Positions 53,770-64,000 of a stretch of 64,000 bases of DNA are shown piece after piece. This stretch comes from Vitrella brassicaformis CCMP3155 (Eukaryota; Protista; Chromerida): assembly GCA_001179505.1 (NCBI GenBank), contig CDMY01000304.1, forward strand, positions 62,001 to 126,000, read 5' to 3'. Numbering within the stretch: position 1 is the stretch's first letter; every line of letters begins with the position of its first letter. A model generated the notes under the pieces. The model made no database searches. It was given only the letters and a program-made list of their open reading frames with translations, and was not told where the DNA came from. The translations under genes were made by a program, and so were the position numbers.

Positions 53770-54453
53770 CTAGCTTGACCGGAGATGGGGAGGGAGGGTT
53801 CACAGCTACACCATCATGCGGGCGATGTGCATACCATCTGTATGTGTACCCTCTATTCTGCATGTATCCTCTATTCTGCATGTATATAGATCAAGTCAAT
53901 GAATGATTGGGGCGTGGCCTGTGTGCTTGGGTGCCATGTGTGTGCCTGTATATACTCGGGATTGCAATGATCGTATCAATGTGGTGTCTCGTCCTTCGCG
54001 AAACGACCAAGAAAGAATGGATCGCCTGTTGATACGTTACATAGGATTCGACGTGAACTCAACAGCTGGATTGAAAACGTGTTTCACTGCATCGACAAGA
54101 AGGTCTTGAGTCTGTCCATGCATCCGTGCATCCATGCAGCCATAGCAACGCACATCACCAGAGAGACAGTTTTCGAAAGCCACCAGTAAGGCAGGCAGGC
54201 ACCATGCAGAGAAGCCGAAGAGCGTCCATTGCGTCAGAGGATATACAGACAGACTCGCATCCATCCATCCGTCCAGCCATCCAGCCTATTGAGCAGCAAT
54301 GCGTTGCAAACCGTTGTGTTGTGTGTCTCTCAGAGTCTCTGTCTGGTATTTGTCTGTTGCACCTCTGGGAAGTGTGTATCACCCGTGCCAGAATATCCCT
54401 CATGCATACGTGCGCATCCATTCATCCCTCCCTTGCTGTGTCTTGCGGATTGA

Positions 54454-54850
54454 TCAGATAAGAGGTCGGGGGCTCTTGTCGTTGTTGTCGATGCCGTTGT
54501 CGTCCACGGGCGGCTTGATGAGTGCCAGCAGGTTGGCCGCCATCCTGCGACGCCGCTGCTCCCGAAGCACGAAGGCCGGCATCGGCACGTTCTCCCTGCA
54601 TGCGCACATCATTGCAAATGACATTGTCCGCTCCGTCTCCCTCCTCAGTTGCGTACGGGTGTGGCGAGCGCTTAAATTCTGGGCGGTACCAGCGCTTCGG
54701 GCGGCGCTCGTCGGGTATCGGGGGCTCGCCATAATCCATCACGTTGACGTTGAATGGCTCCCGGGCCTCCTCGTCGTTGAGGAGGCGGACGCCGGGAACC
54801 CACAGGGCCAGGCGGCTGCCGACGACACGAGTCGACATGCGAACGATGCT
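54454..54850 (-). CDS. Small basic protein of unknown function (at least 2 exons; 5' end uncertain)
   Basis: MSTRVVGSRLALWVPGVRLLNDEEAREPFNVNVMDYGEPPIPDERRPKRWYRPEFKRSPHPY|...ENVPMPAFVLREQRRRRMAANLLALIKPP...*; coding-like composition with GT-AG boundaries. Confidence 0.5.
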
Positions 54851-55433
54851 GTGCGAGTTGATTTGCACTGAGAAGGGGCGAGATTGCTGTTGTTGTGGCG
54901 GGGGGCAACTTTGCCATCAGAAGCTCGCAGTCGAGAGAAGGAGAAGAAAGAAGAGCCCGTTTCTCATTCGGCACGTATGCAGATTAGCGTGCTTGAGTGA
55001 GTTCGATTGCAGAAGGATGCTCGGCAAGAAGCGGAAGGTTGATGTTTGTAGGAAGTCAAAGACACGACCGGCCTGGGATGGACGGACGGATGGATGGATG
55101 AGGAAGGAAACAATTAAGCTTTGCAACGTGAACAGCAGCGGCAGAGTGGCCTTGTACACACACACGACAGACCGATGATATAACGTCATTCGACAAACCT
55201 TCGTGTGTGTCTCTGTCTCCATGTTGATTGATTGACAAACACTCCGTACCTACCAACACACAGACGGTCAAAATCGCCGTCTCACTCACGCACACGTGCA
55301 GAGATCAGCCGCTCTTGATCACCCCACACACCCCACACCCCGCTGCCCATTAAAACACACACGAGTCAGCTTACAAAAATGCCGGTGTCATCAGACATGA
55401 CCTTATCTGATACCGACACACATACCATACCCC

Positions 55434-55733
55434 NNNNNNNNNNNNNNNNNNNNNNNNNNNNNNNNNNNNNNNNNNNNNNNNNNNNNNNNNNNNNNNNNNN
55501 NNNNNNNNNNNNNNNNNNNNNNNNNNNNNNNNNNNNNNNNNNNNNNNNNNNNNNNNNNNNNNNNNNNNNNNNNNNNNNNNNNNNNNNNNNNNNNNNNNNN
55601 NNNNNNNNNNNNNNNNNNNNNNNNNNNNNNNNNNNNNNNNNNNNNNNNNNNNNNNNNNNNNNNNNNNNNNNNNNNNNNNNNNNNNNNNNNNNNNNNNNNN
55701 NNNNNNNNNNNNNNNNNNNNNNNNNNNNNNNNN
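55434..55733. other. Assembly gap (300 N)
   Basis: Run of N. Confidence 1.
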
Positions 55734-57016
55734 CCCCCCCCCCCCCCCCCCGCAACACATACACACACGCGTGACTTTTCCGTGCTTACGTTCATCAGAC
55801 ATGCAATCAAAAAGCTGCGCATGGATCGGACTGCACGCGTGTATCTTAAAAACTGCTGATGACTGACTGTAGTCAGCAGGAGATCAATGTACGACAGCCC
55901 CCAAGTGACCTCTGACCTCATCACTTGCGTCGAGTCACACACTCTTGCAAGTCAGAGTCACATAGCGACGCGCGTGGATGCGATGATACCGACATGAGCA
56001 CTCAAACATCACCGATCACTGACTGTGTACACACACGCTCACACATACAAACAGAAAGTTAAAAAGATGCCCGTGTGTATCGTGCACGCACGTGCGTGTT
56101 GGTGTGAACGGACCGGTCAATCAGGCCAAGCAGTTGTCGGCCGTAGGTACGTATGAACATCGATCGACGCGCCACATACATATACACATAACGCGGACGT
56201 ACTCGTACACGGGCAAAACGACGCAACGCGCACACGCACATACCCTCTCTCTGTGACTAACAGGCATACCACCTAGCTAGCCAATTGCCAAAAGGAAATG
56301 GATGACGACATTCACAAAACCACAGCACGACTGCCAACGGGCGCTTGCGAGTCAGTGATGGGCAACAAGCGGCCTTCGTTGAGCCCCTTCCGGCCGTACG
56401 TATCACTACTGTTACATGCCACGCATATACATTTTCACACACACGGAACCAGCCCGCCGACCCACAGCCAGCGCTCATACACACACTCACAAACCCACAC
56501 ACCCTTCCCCCCCACCCCCTACACGTGCACACACACACACAGCCTCACGACCACTCACTCACACACGACGGCATTATCACGGCACACACGGTCGAATTGC
56601 AGGGAAACCTCCCCGGCCCTCTCATTGGCATGCCTACGTACGCCAACTGCAGCTAGGGACGCACTTGCGCACCCCAGCTTTCGCTCGGCAGCCAGTCACA
56701 CTATCAATCCAACGAGCCAGTAATACGAATAACGCACATACTTCCCTCCACGGCAGAACACACACGCTAGTAGATGCACTCACTCAGACAGACGGATAAA
56801 GAGACAGACAGACAGACAGATGGACGGACAGACAGACAGACAGACGGAGAGACAGACAGACACGCTGCCGGCCGGCCGTGTTGCATGCGAAGCCCAGCCC
56901 TAGCTGGGGCCGGCAATCGACAGTCTCAAAGTAGACGAAGAAAAAGAAAAGGATCCGAGCGCTTGGTTGTCTAAGCCAGAGCGATGATTGGCCGATACAT
57001 GCATCAAGTGGGCGGC

Positions 57017-60000
57017 TCATAGGACCTCGATCCCCGCAGAAAGGGGTGCGCACTTCGGGTACCCCGCAAGTACCTGAAAGGTGCAGGACACATGTGCATT
57101 CCACTCTTGTTCACAGCCACGTGTGTCATGCGCGTGTTGGCTGACCCATTGACATTTCAATTCGCCCACGCACGACCACTGCATACAAACAAGGCAGCAC
57201 GGGAGATGGCACACCGACCGACGTGGATGGATGGAGGCATCTAGTGACGGTACCTTGACTCTGTAGCGTGCGATTGATCTGGAGGACACCCCTACAATGG
57301 CCCTGGTCCCGTTGGCGCGGTCATTCCCCTCCACGCACTTGTCCGTCTGTCCAGTGCTGCATGTACACACCAACAGACACACAGAAACGTAGACACAGAC
57401 GCACACAACCACAAGGGCTACGTGTATATCCATGAGCAAAGCAGTGTGCATCAGCAAGCCATTTCTATGTCACTCACGAGGTCACGTTGCATGCTTCAAG
57501 AGTCATCCTCTGTGGTGACTGCAGGCGCCACACGCTTCCGTTGCTCTCGCGCGTGTTGGTCCACATATCCATCTCATAGCCGCTGCCAGGCGCCAACTCC
57601 TCATCCCTAATGATGTCCGAGAAGAATGCTGCATCCACCCAAACAACATACAACATTACAAATGTACACACGGGCGTCTGTTGTGGCTCGAGTACGTACC
57701 AGGACATCCAGTCTTGTTGAAGTCTGCAGCCGTGTCATTCGTAGCCGTGTCGTTTCCCCATGAGATCCAGGAGAGATCGCGGGTCACGCCAGCCACCACA
57801 CTGCCCTTGAAATCGAACTTCTTCAGCACAGACAGCAAGGCGTAAGAGCGATTCTCGCGCTCGGGGCCTTGTGGGGGCGTGCCGTTGAAAGTGGCGTTGG
57901 CCGTCCTGTTACTCGACCGGCCTGCATGCCACGCGCAAAACAAGGCAGCCACACACACCATACAGGCACCAGGGAATGAATGAGACACACGGATCTCGTC
58001 AGTGTGACCTGTCATTTTCATTACCTGACGGGCGGGCAGAGCCGCGAAGATTCCCCTCGCCCGACAGGGTTGGGGTGCGGGGAGGAATGGGCCCGCACTT
58101 GGCGAAGCCGGTCACTCTCTGAATGCCCCACACACACATGTTACATACATTACGTGGATGTGTAGAGCCTCTCTTCTCCGGTGCCACGTGTGAATCCGTC
58201 CACTCACCCAATCGCAGTCGATATCGCCCGGCATACACAACCACTGCAAATGTGTGTGTGTATGTGTGTTTTTTTAAGACAAAGCATGCATACATTCCGT
58301 GGCCGATGGATGGGCGGGGTGGGGTTGGGTAGCGTCTGGCTATACCTGGATTCTGTATTGCGGCATTGCTCTGGGCGACACGGCGATAAATACGTTCGTA
58401 CCAAGTTGCAAGGTATCGGTTCCATTGACGACAGTATCACTGGCACCTGCCGCAATGCCAGAAGCCTTCACACATTTGCCGTTCGTTCCATTGCTGCCAC
58501 AGACACATGTCCAGATGTAGACAAAGCGCTTGCGTAAGAGTTCATTTGTGCGTCCACATCCCTCGCTGGCTAAGGCATTGCTTACGAAAGCACTGGACAC
58601 GCTCGAAAGGTCATGTTCTGCTCAGACTGCAGGTTCCAGATGGTGCCGTTGCCATTGGCGATGCTGCTGTTGGCCCACACGTCCACCTCATAGCCGTCGC
58701 CGTTGAGTGCCAGCCCTCTGTTGTAGCTGACGTCAGAGAAGACGGCTGCACTCATTCATTCAGCCAAGAAAGACACACAAGGACACAAGAGATTCTATCA
58801 GCGGCAACACATGCAGACACGTGTGTGGTGTCCTTCCTGTTGCGCCGTGTATACGTACTGGGGCACCCGAGTTGCTGGCGCTGTCCGCTTGGTCTAGTTT
58901 CCCATCGGATCCACGCATTACCTCGGGCAACCCCTGGTGATGGCAGGACAGCAGGCATAGAAATCACTCACATACCCCCTCAGGCACAAGCATACCTGCC
59001 TCCAGGCCTTCAGACCCCTGTGCCTCCAGTGCGGAAACCAGCAAGGCTGAGCTATTCTGTCGCAAGGGGCCCTCTCGTGGCATTCCAGTCCTGTTCGTCC
59101 GCGCAGTCCTGTTCGTGGGGCCCTCTCGTGGCATTCCAGTCCTGTTCGTCTGCGCAGTCCTGTTCGTCCGCGAACCTACCACATGCAACACAAATCGAAC
59201 GAACACACACCACATCAGAAAAGTGCATCCAGCAGGAGTTTATGTTTGTCCCATCACTTATACACACCTGGCGGGGGGCGTCTCCGTGGCGGGGGTCGTC
59301 TCCCTGGCGGACAGCTTGCGGCTGACACGCAGCACGTCACACAGCCTCCAGTTTGCGGGAAGAATCCACCTTGCGGGAAATAGCATTTGGGGGGGTAATA
59401 GCCGGTTCTCTTGCAGCTTCCACGCGACCCACCACAATACCCAGATGGCGGGAAGTATGGATTCACTGGGTACGGGCGCCCCGGCCTCCAACGACCTGAA
59501 CCCAAGCCGCCTACAGGGAATCCGCTCGCCTGCAGGTTGATGTAGTTGTTTCTCTCGATGCTGATGAACTGCTGGATGAGCTGGATCGCTGCCTGGACAA
59601 GCGTCGGTGTCCCCGCCGGCGAGTCATTGTCGTCAGCACTGCCCTCGCCGTCATCACTGTTGTCCTCTGCTTCAGCGGTGGGCGTAGGCGTCTCACTGCC
59701 CTCGCCGTCATCACTGTTGTCCTCTGCTTCAGCGGTGGGCGTAGGCGTCCCACTGCCCTCGCCGTCAGCACTGCTGCCCTCGCCCTCAGCGGGTGTGGGC
59801 GTCCCACTGCCCTCGCCGTCATCACTGCTGCCCTCGCCCTCAGCGGGCGTGGGCGTCCCACTGCCCTCGCCGTCAGGAACGGCCGGCTGGTCAGGACTGC
59901 CCTCGCCATCAGCGGCGCATACGGCGTTTGTGTTGCAGACCAATCCCTCGCAGCAACCAGAACCCTGGCTGCATGGAGCCCCCACACCAGCACAATCAGA

Positions 60001-61881
60001 TGGCGACTGAGCGCCGTCTCCACCGCCCGTCCCCCCTGTGGTCGTGGAGGCAGAATCGTCACCGCCGTCAGCATCGTCCTGCTGCTCGCTCGATGTACTG
60101 CTCTCCTCAGACTGCTCCCCCTGCTGCCCGCTCTCGGCAGGTTGCTCCTCAGACGAGCCATCTTCCGTTGCCGTTTCCGCTGACGTTGAGTCTGGCTGTT
60201 CGGCTACGTCTGGGTCTTCTTCGTTTGGCCCTGTCAGATAAGCGCCCGACGGCTCCTCCTCTTCATTGGGCGGGGTCTCGGGCTCCCCGTCAGGACTGAC
60301 CGCTTGGTCAGCACTGCCCTCGCCCGCAGGGTCGGGTTCTGCTGGGCCTGGCTGTCCCACTTGGTACTGATCCCAGCCAACCTCGCCCGATGCCTCGCTA
60401 TCAGCTGGCTGGTTCTGCTCCTCAGGCGAGCCGTCATCTTGCGGTGATGTGTCTGCAGGGGGCTGTCCCTCTGGCGGCCCACCAACCCAGCCGGCGTCAC
60501 TGGGTGGCTCTTCAGGCTCGACAGGGGATGGCTGGTCTGCGGGAGGCGCGACCTCCGGTTGCTGTGTGTCTTGGGGCTGGTCTGCGGGAGGCGCCTCAGC
60601 CCAGCCATCACTGCCATCGTCAGGCACGGTCTCTGGCGGCTGCTCTGGGTCTTCTGGCGGGCCTTCGGGAGGCGCGTCTGGTGGCGCGTCTGGTGGCAGG
60701 CCTTCGGGAGGCGCGTCTTGTGGCGGGGCTTCAGGAGGCGCCTCTGGCGACTGCTCTGGGTCTTGTGGCGGGCCTTCGGGAGGCGCGTCTGGTGGCGCGT
60801 CTGGTGGCAGGCCTTCGGGAGGCGCGTCTTGTGGCGGGCCTTCAGGAGGCGCCTCAGCCCAGCCATCATTGCCGTCGTCAGGCACGGTCTCTGGCGGCTG
60901 CTCTGGGTCTTGTGGCGGGCCTTCGGGAGGCGCGTCTGGTGGCGCGTCTGGTGGCAGGCCTTCGGGAGGCGCGTCTTGTGGCGGGCCTTCAGGAGGCGCC
61001 TCAGCCCAGCCATCATTGCCGTCGTCAGGCACGGTCTCTGGCGGCTGCTCTGGGTCTTGTGGCGGGCCTTCGGGAGGCGCGTCTGGTGGCGCGTCTGGTG
61101 GCAGGCCTTCGGGAGGCGCGTCTTGTGGCGGGCCTTCAGGAGGCGCCTCAGCCCAGCCATCATTGCCGTCGTCAGGCACGGTCTCTGGCGGCNNNNNNNN
61201 NNNNNNNNNNNNNNNNNNNNNNNNNNNNNNNNNNNNNNNNNNNNNNNNNNNNNNNNNNNNNNNNNNNNNNNNNNNNNNNNNNNNNNNNNNNNNNNNNNNN
61301 NNNNNNNNNNNNNNNNNNNNNNNNNNNNNNNNNNNNNNNNNNNNNNNNNNNNNNNNNNNNNNNNNNNNNNNNNNNNNNNNNNNNNNNNNNNNNNNNNNNN
61401 NNNNNNNNNNNNNNNNNNNNNNNNNNNNNNNNNNNNNNNNNNNNNNNNNNNNNNNNNNNNNNNNNNNNNNNNNNNNNNNNNNNNNNNNNNNNACGGGTGG
61501 CGGCTCTTGAGGCATCGGCTCCACGGGTGGCGGCTCTTGAGGCATCGGCTCGACGGGTGCCGGCTCTTGAGGCATTGGTTCGGGATACGGATCCATCGGA
61601 GCCGGCTGCGGTTCCGGCAGATACGTTGGATAAAGAAATTGCTCAGGGGCAGGTCCCTGCGGGCCGTAAGCATCCGGGGGAGGTCCCTGAGGGAAGTCAC
61701 CACCCGGACTTCCCATGGAGTCCTGGATAACGCACAACACAACACAATACATGCAGGTGTGTCGACTGGCGCCCATCATTCATTCCGATCTTACCTCGGA
61801 GAACGACTCCCCAAGCTGCGCTGCCGCCATGGGGAGCAGGGCAGCGCAGACTGACGCGACAGTCAGCCATAGCTTCCTCAT
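57017..61881 (-). CDS. Large modular secreted glycoprotein (signal peptide, Pro/acidic repeats, knottin-like motif, NxT-rich repeats, duplicated Cys/Trp domain); candidate cell/cyst-wall protein
   Basis: MRKLWLTVASVCAALLPMAAAQLGESFSE|gtaag joins the long 59.26-61.72 kb exon. The apparent stop at 59254 lies in a phase-1 intron (CCA G|gtgtgt...gtggtag|GT TCG). About ten further exons splice with consistent phases down to ...CAPLSAGIEVL* at 57017. Confidence 0.78.
60590..61192 (-). repeat. Coding tandem repeat, 147-bp (49-aa) unit, three near-identical copies plus variant copies, running into a gap
   Basis: TTCAGGAGGCGCCTCAGCCCAGCCATCATTGCCGTCGTCAGGCACGG at 60841, 60988 and 61135 (period 147); unit PPETVPDDGNDGWAEAPPEGPPQDAPPEGLPPDAPPDAPPEGPPQDPEQ. 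Confidence 0.95.
61193..61492. other. Assembly gap (300 N) within the coding repeat array
   Basis: Run of N flanked by different repeat types on each side. Confidence 1.
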
Positions 61882-62480
61882 GGCTGACGGACAATAGGTC
61901 GACCTTCCTGACGGTTCTACGTAGGGCTGCAGTGACTGAGCAATAGATCTGATGGCACGCAGACGACATGAGTGCAGGCAGGCCCGTGTTGTTGCGCTGT
62001 ACGTGTCTTCAGATACCGTTGGCTCTGCTATCGAGGGAGTGTACACCGCAAAACCTCCACCCGAGGTGCAACTACACACCTTCCACGCACGGATGCATCC
62101 ACATGTGTGGCTTGACGCAGCGGCAGTCCTCGCTCTCTCTGCTCTCTCTCCTCTGGTTTCCCTTCCCTCAGTCTCTCTGCCAGGCGGCTCGCGGGGAGGG
62201 GAAGGGAAGGAACGATCTCACAGATGCGAGCTTGAAAAGGAGAGGTGCCCGTTGAGATCTCTCCATATGTCCCGTGATGAAGAGGCGAGAAAGGACAGAC
62301 ACGCATGGCATGCATTCAATGTGTATTGTTTTCCCATTGATGGCATGGATGCATGTGTCCAGGTGTTGACAGCAGCGAGGCCGTTAGTTCGCAGCAGCAC
62401 ACGTAAGGGAGACAGGAAGACCTCCACACAAGTCCATCGTCGGCATGCCATTGTGTGTTGTTCATTCAGACCAGTTATCT

Positions 62481-63346
62481 ATGGCGTCCGAGTCAGTGCC
62501 CTCCCTGCGGCACCTCGAAGCGGCCTCCACTTCTGGCGCAGCTGCACAAGCAGCCACCTACAGAGATCTCCGCAGGCGTCACACTGGCGAACGTGCCGGT
62601 CCAACACGTCATAGAGATCCCGACAGAGCTTCATGACGTTTTGGCCTTCGAGATTGCTGACGTGGAGGGTACTTTGAAGGTCATTTCTGTGCTGGAGAGG
62701 GGGAGGGGCCACTCCGTCTGGCGGCCATCTATCGGCTCACCCGCGCCGGCACGACACTGCCCCTGGTGCTGTCGGCCGATTCGATGGCCACCGCAATGGC
62801 TTCCCCCGAGCTGCCCTTCACCATGTCCTTCTACAAGGCCATCGGACATCTATTCTCATACAGCGGGCGCAGCCTGGCCCTGCAGCCAGCCAACAACGGG
62901 GCGTATCAGATCGGCAATCGACTATTCGTGTGGGGTCATCGGCTCGGGTGAAGTGGACCGATCCCGTCATCCGCCACTGCGTGTGTGTTTACCCCTCCTT
63001 CACGGAATTCTTGCTGCACTGCCTCTTGAGCGCCTGGGCTGGCCAGGAGGTGGGCATCAGAGAGGTGCTCTCCGCATCCATGGACAGCGCCGTCAGCCCC
63101 TATCAGTCGCTGCTGCTCAGGGGTGAAGCGAAAATCACCAAGGAAGACGGCCTAATCGTCGACTTGAGCTACGACAATCGCGACCTGAACCGGGGATGCA
63201 CGAGATGCGACGGCTGCCGTCTCGTGGTAGTGAGCGGCTTCCGGACCAATGACACGGTCGCCGCCTACCTGTGGGTGGAGAGCGGCTCCGTCTATCTGTG
63301 GAAGACCGAGCTGTCTGCTGCTGGCGCATCGCAGCCCTGGACATGA
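62481..63346 (+). pseudogene. Apparently intronless, frameshifted gene of an unknown family
   Basis: Protein-like sequence switches frame three times with no splice signals: ...TYRDLRR / VTLANVPVQHVIEIP...VWRP / YRLTRAGTTLPLV...NRLFV / RVKWTDPVIRHC...QPWT*. Confidence 0.55.
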
Positions 63347-63768
63347 GATTCCCAGTGTCAATGCCGTTGTGGCGCCGGGTGCTCCGGCCATTTAGCCTCG
63401 AGAGTGCCGTCATCGATGGAGGTACAGTGGCCGTGTGATGTGACTGTTGCTCTGCGGCTGGGCAAGGGAGCCGGCTGGTTGATTGGAGTCATTCATTCAT
63501 GCAGTGTGCTCGTGGGGCTGACTGCACGAGTGAGCACCTAAGCTCTCTGTGGCCTGGCCGGATGCACGCGTTTCTGGTGGCGCGTGTGCGGCTTGCCAGC
63601 GGTGTTTGTTCAAGCTGGTTCTTTGTCGATGACCTATGGATAGATGGATGGATGGAATCGGATACGGATGTTATAAAGGCCTTCAATATCGCACGCAGCT
63701 GTCCATGCGATAAAAATGCACTACACGACCGAGGTGTTCGGTCTACTGCCCATTGCCCACTTGGGCAA

Positions 63769-63961
63769 TCACTTGTAATACTCCTTCATCTCCCGTTCGT
63801 AACGCTCCTGATGTGATCCCCTAGTGCACGTGTGACATCAGGTTTTGGTGTGCGCGTGTGAGTGAGTGTCTGACCTTGTCTCTCTTGGCCTGGGTCTCGT
63901 ACGGCTTCTTCTGCCTGGCCGACATGCTCTTCCACTCGGCGCCCAATATCTTGGACACCTC
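63769..63961 (-). CDS. HMG-box protein, last two exons (5' part beyond the window)
   Basis: Exon 63875-63961 EVSKILGAEWKSMSARQKKPYETQAKRDK and exon 63769-63807 ERYEREMKEYYK* form HMG-box helices 2-3; GT-AG boundaries in phase 0. Confidence 0.9.
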
Positions 63962-64000
63962 CTGATTGATAAATGAGTGCATCGAGTGATTCGTTCAGTG

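Noticed and set aside
55734-56950. CA-rich ORFs (Thr/His-rich peptides) and GACA microsatellite
   Set aside because: Low-complexity non-coding sequence with no splice-consistent exons.
60590-61192. CRISPR-like array
   Set aside because: Units are contiguous 147-bp in-frame coding repeats with no unique spacers and no cas genes; the context is eukaryotic.
60234-61854. Long alternative-frame ORFs (60234-61745 minus; 60390-61730, 60449-61510, 60559-61854 plus)
   Set aside because: Shadows of a GC-rich coding repeat, inflated by the N gap.

Overview
Intron-dense eukaryotic genomic DNA (~58-60% GC by eye), with short introns rich in (CA)n/(GT)n microsatellites and four 300-N assembly gaps. The gene families and intron style suggest a chromerid alveolate such as Vitrella brassicaformis; this is an inference, not verified. 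Gene models were spliced by hand, so the six-frame ORFs are mostly exon fragments or antisense shadows. Recognisable genes: the 3' part of CHD1, a SAXO/STOP-repeat microtubule protein, a 2OG-Fe(II) dioxygenase with a signal-like N-terminus, a DHHC palmitoyltransferase, a RING+TLDc protein, ARV1, a divergent dynamin-related GTPase, an ankyrin-repeat TRP-like channel, DNA polymerase kappa and the 3' end of an HMG-box gene, plus several orphan coiled-coil or secreted proteins. Most notable observations: (1) one large secreted gene (57017-61881, minus) joining a signal peptide, 49-aa Pro/acidic tandem repeats, a knottin-like Cys motif, N-glycosylation-rich repeats and two copies of an unrecognised Cys/Trp domain with shared intron positions; (2) the TRP-like gene sits between ~505-bp near-identical direct repeats copied from the dynamin 3' end; (3) an in-frame ~1-kb multi-exon duplication inside the SAXO gene; (4) many introns show a 5' (AC)n / 3' (GT)n complementary arrangement suggestive of structure-assisted splicing; (5) a decayed minus-strand array of shuffled exon modules with AT-hook and CCHC motifs at ~4.8-14 kb. 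No rRNA, tRNA, CRISPR array or intact transposon was recognised.
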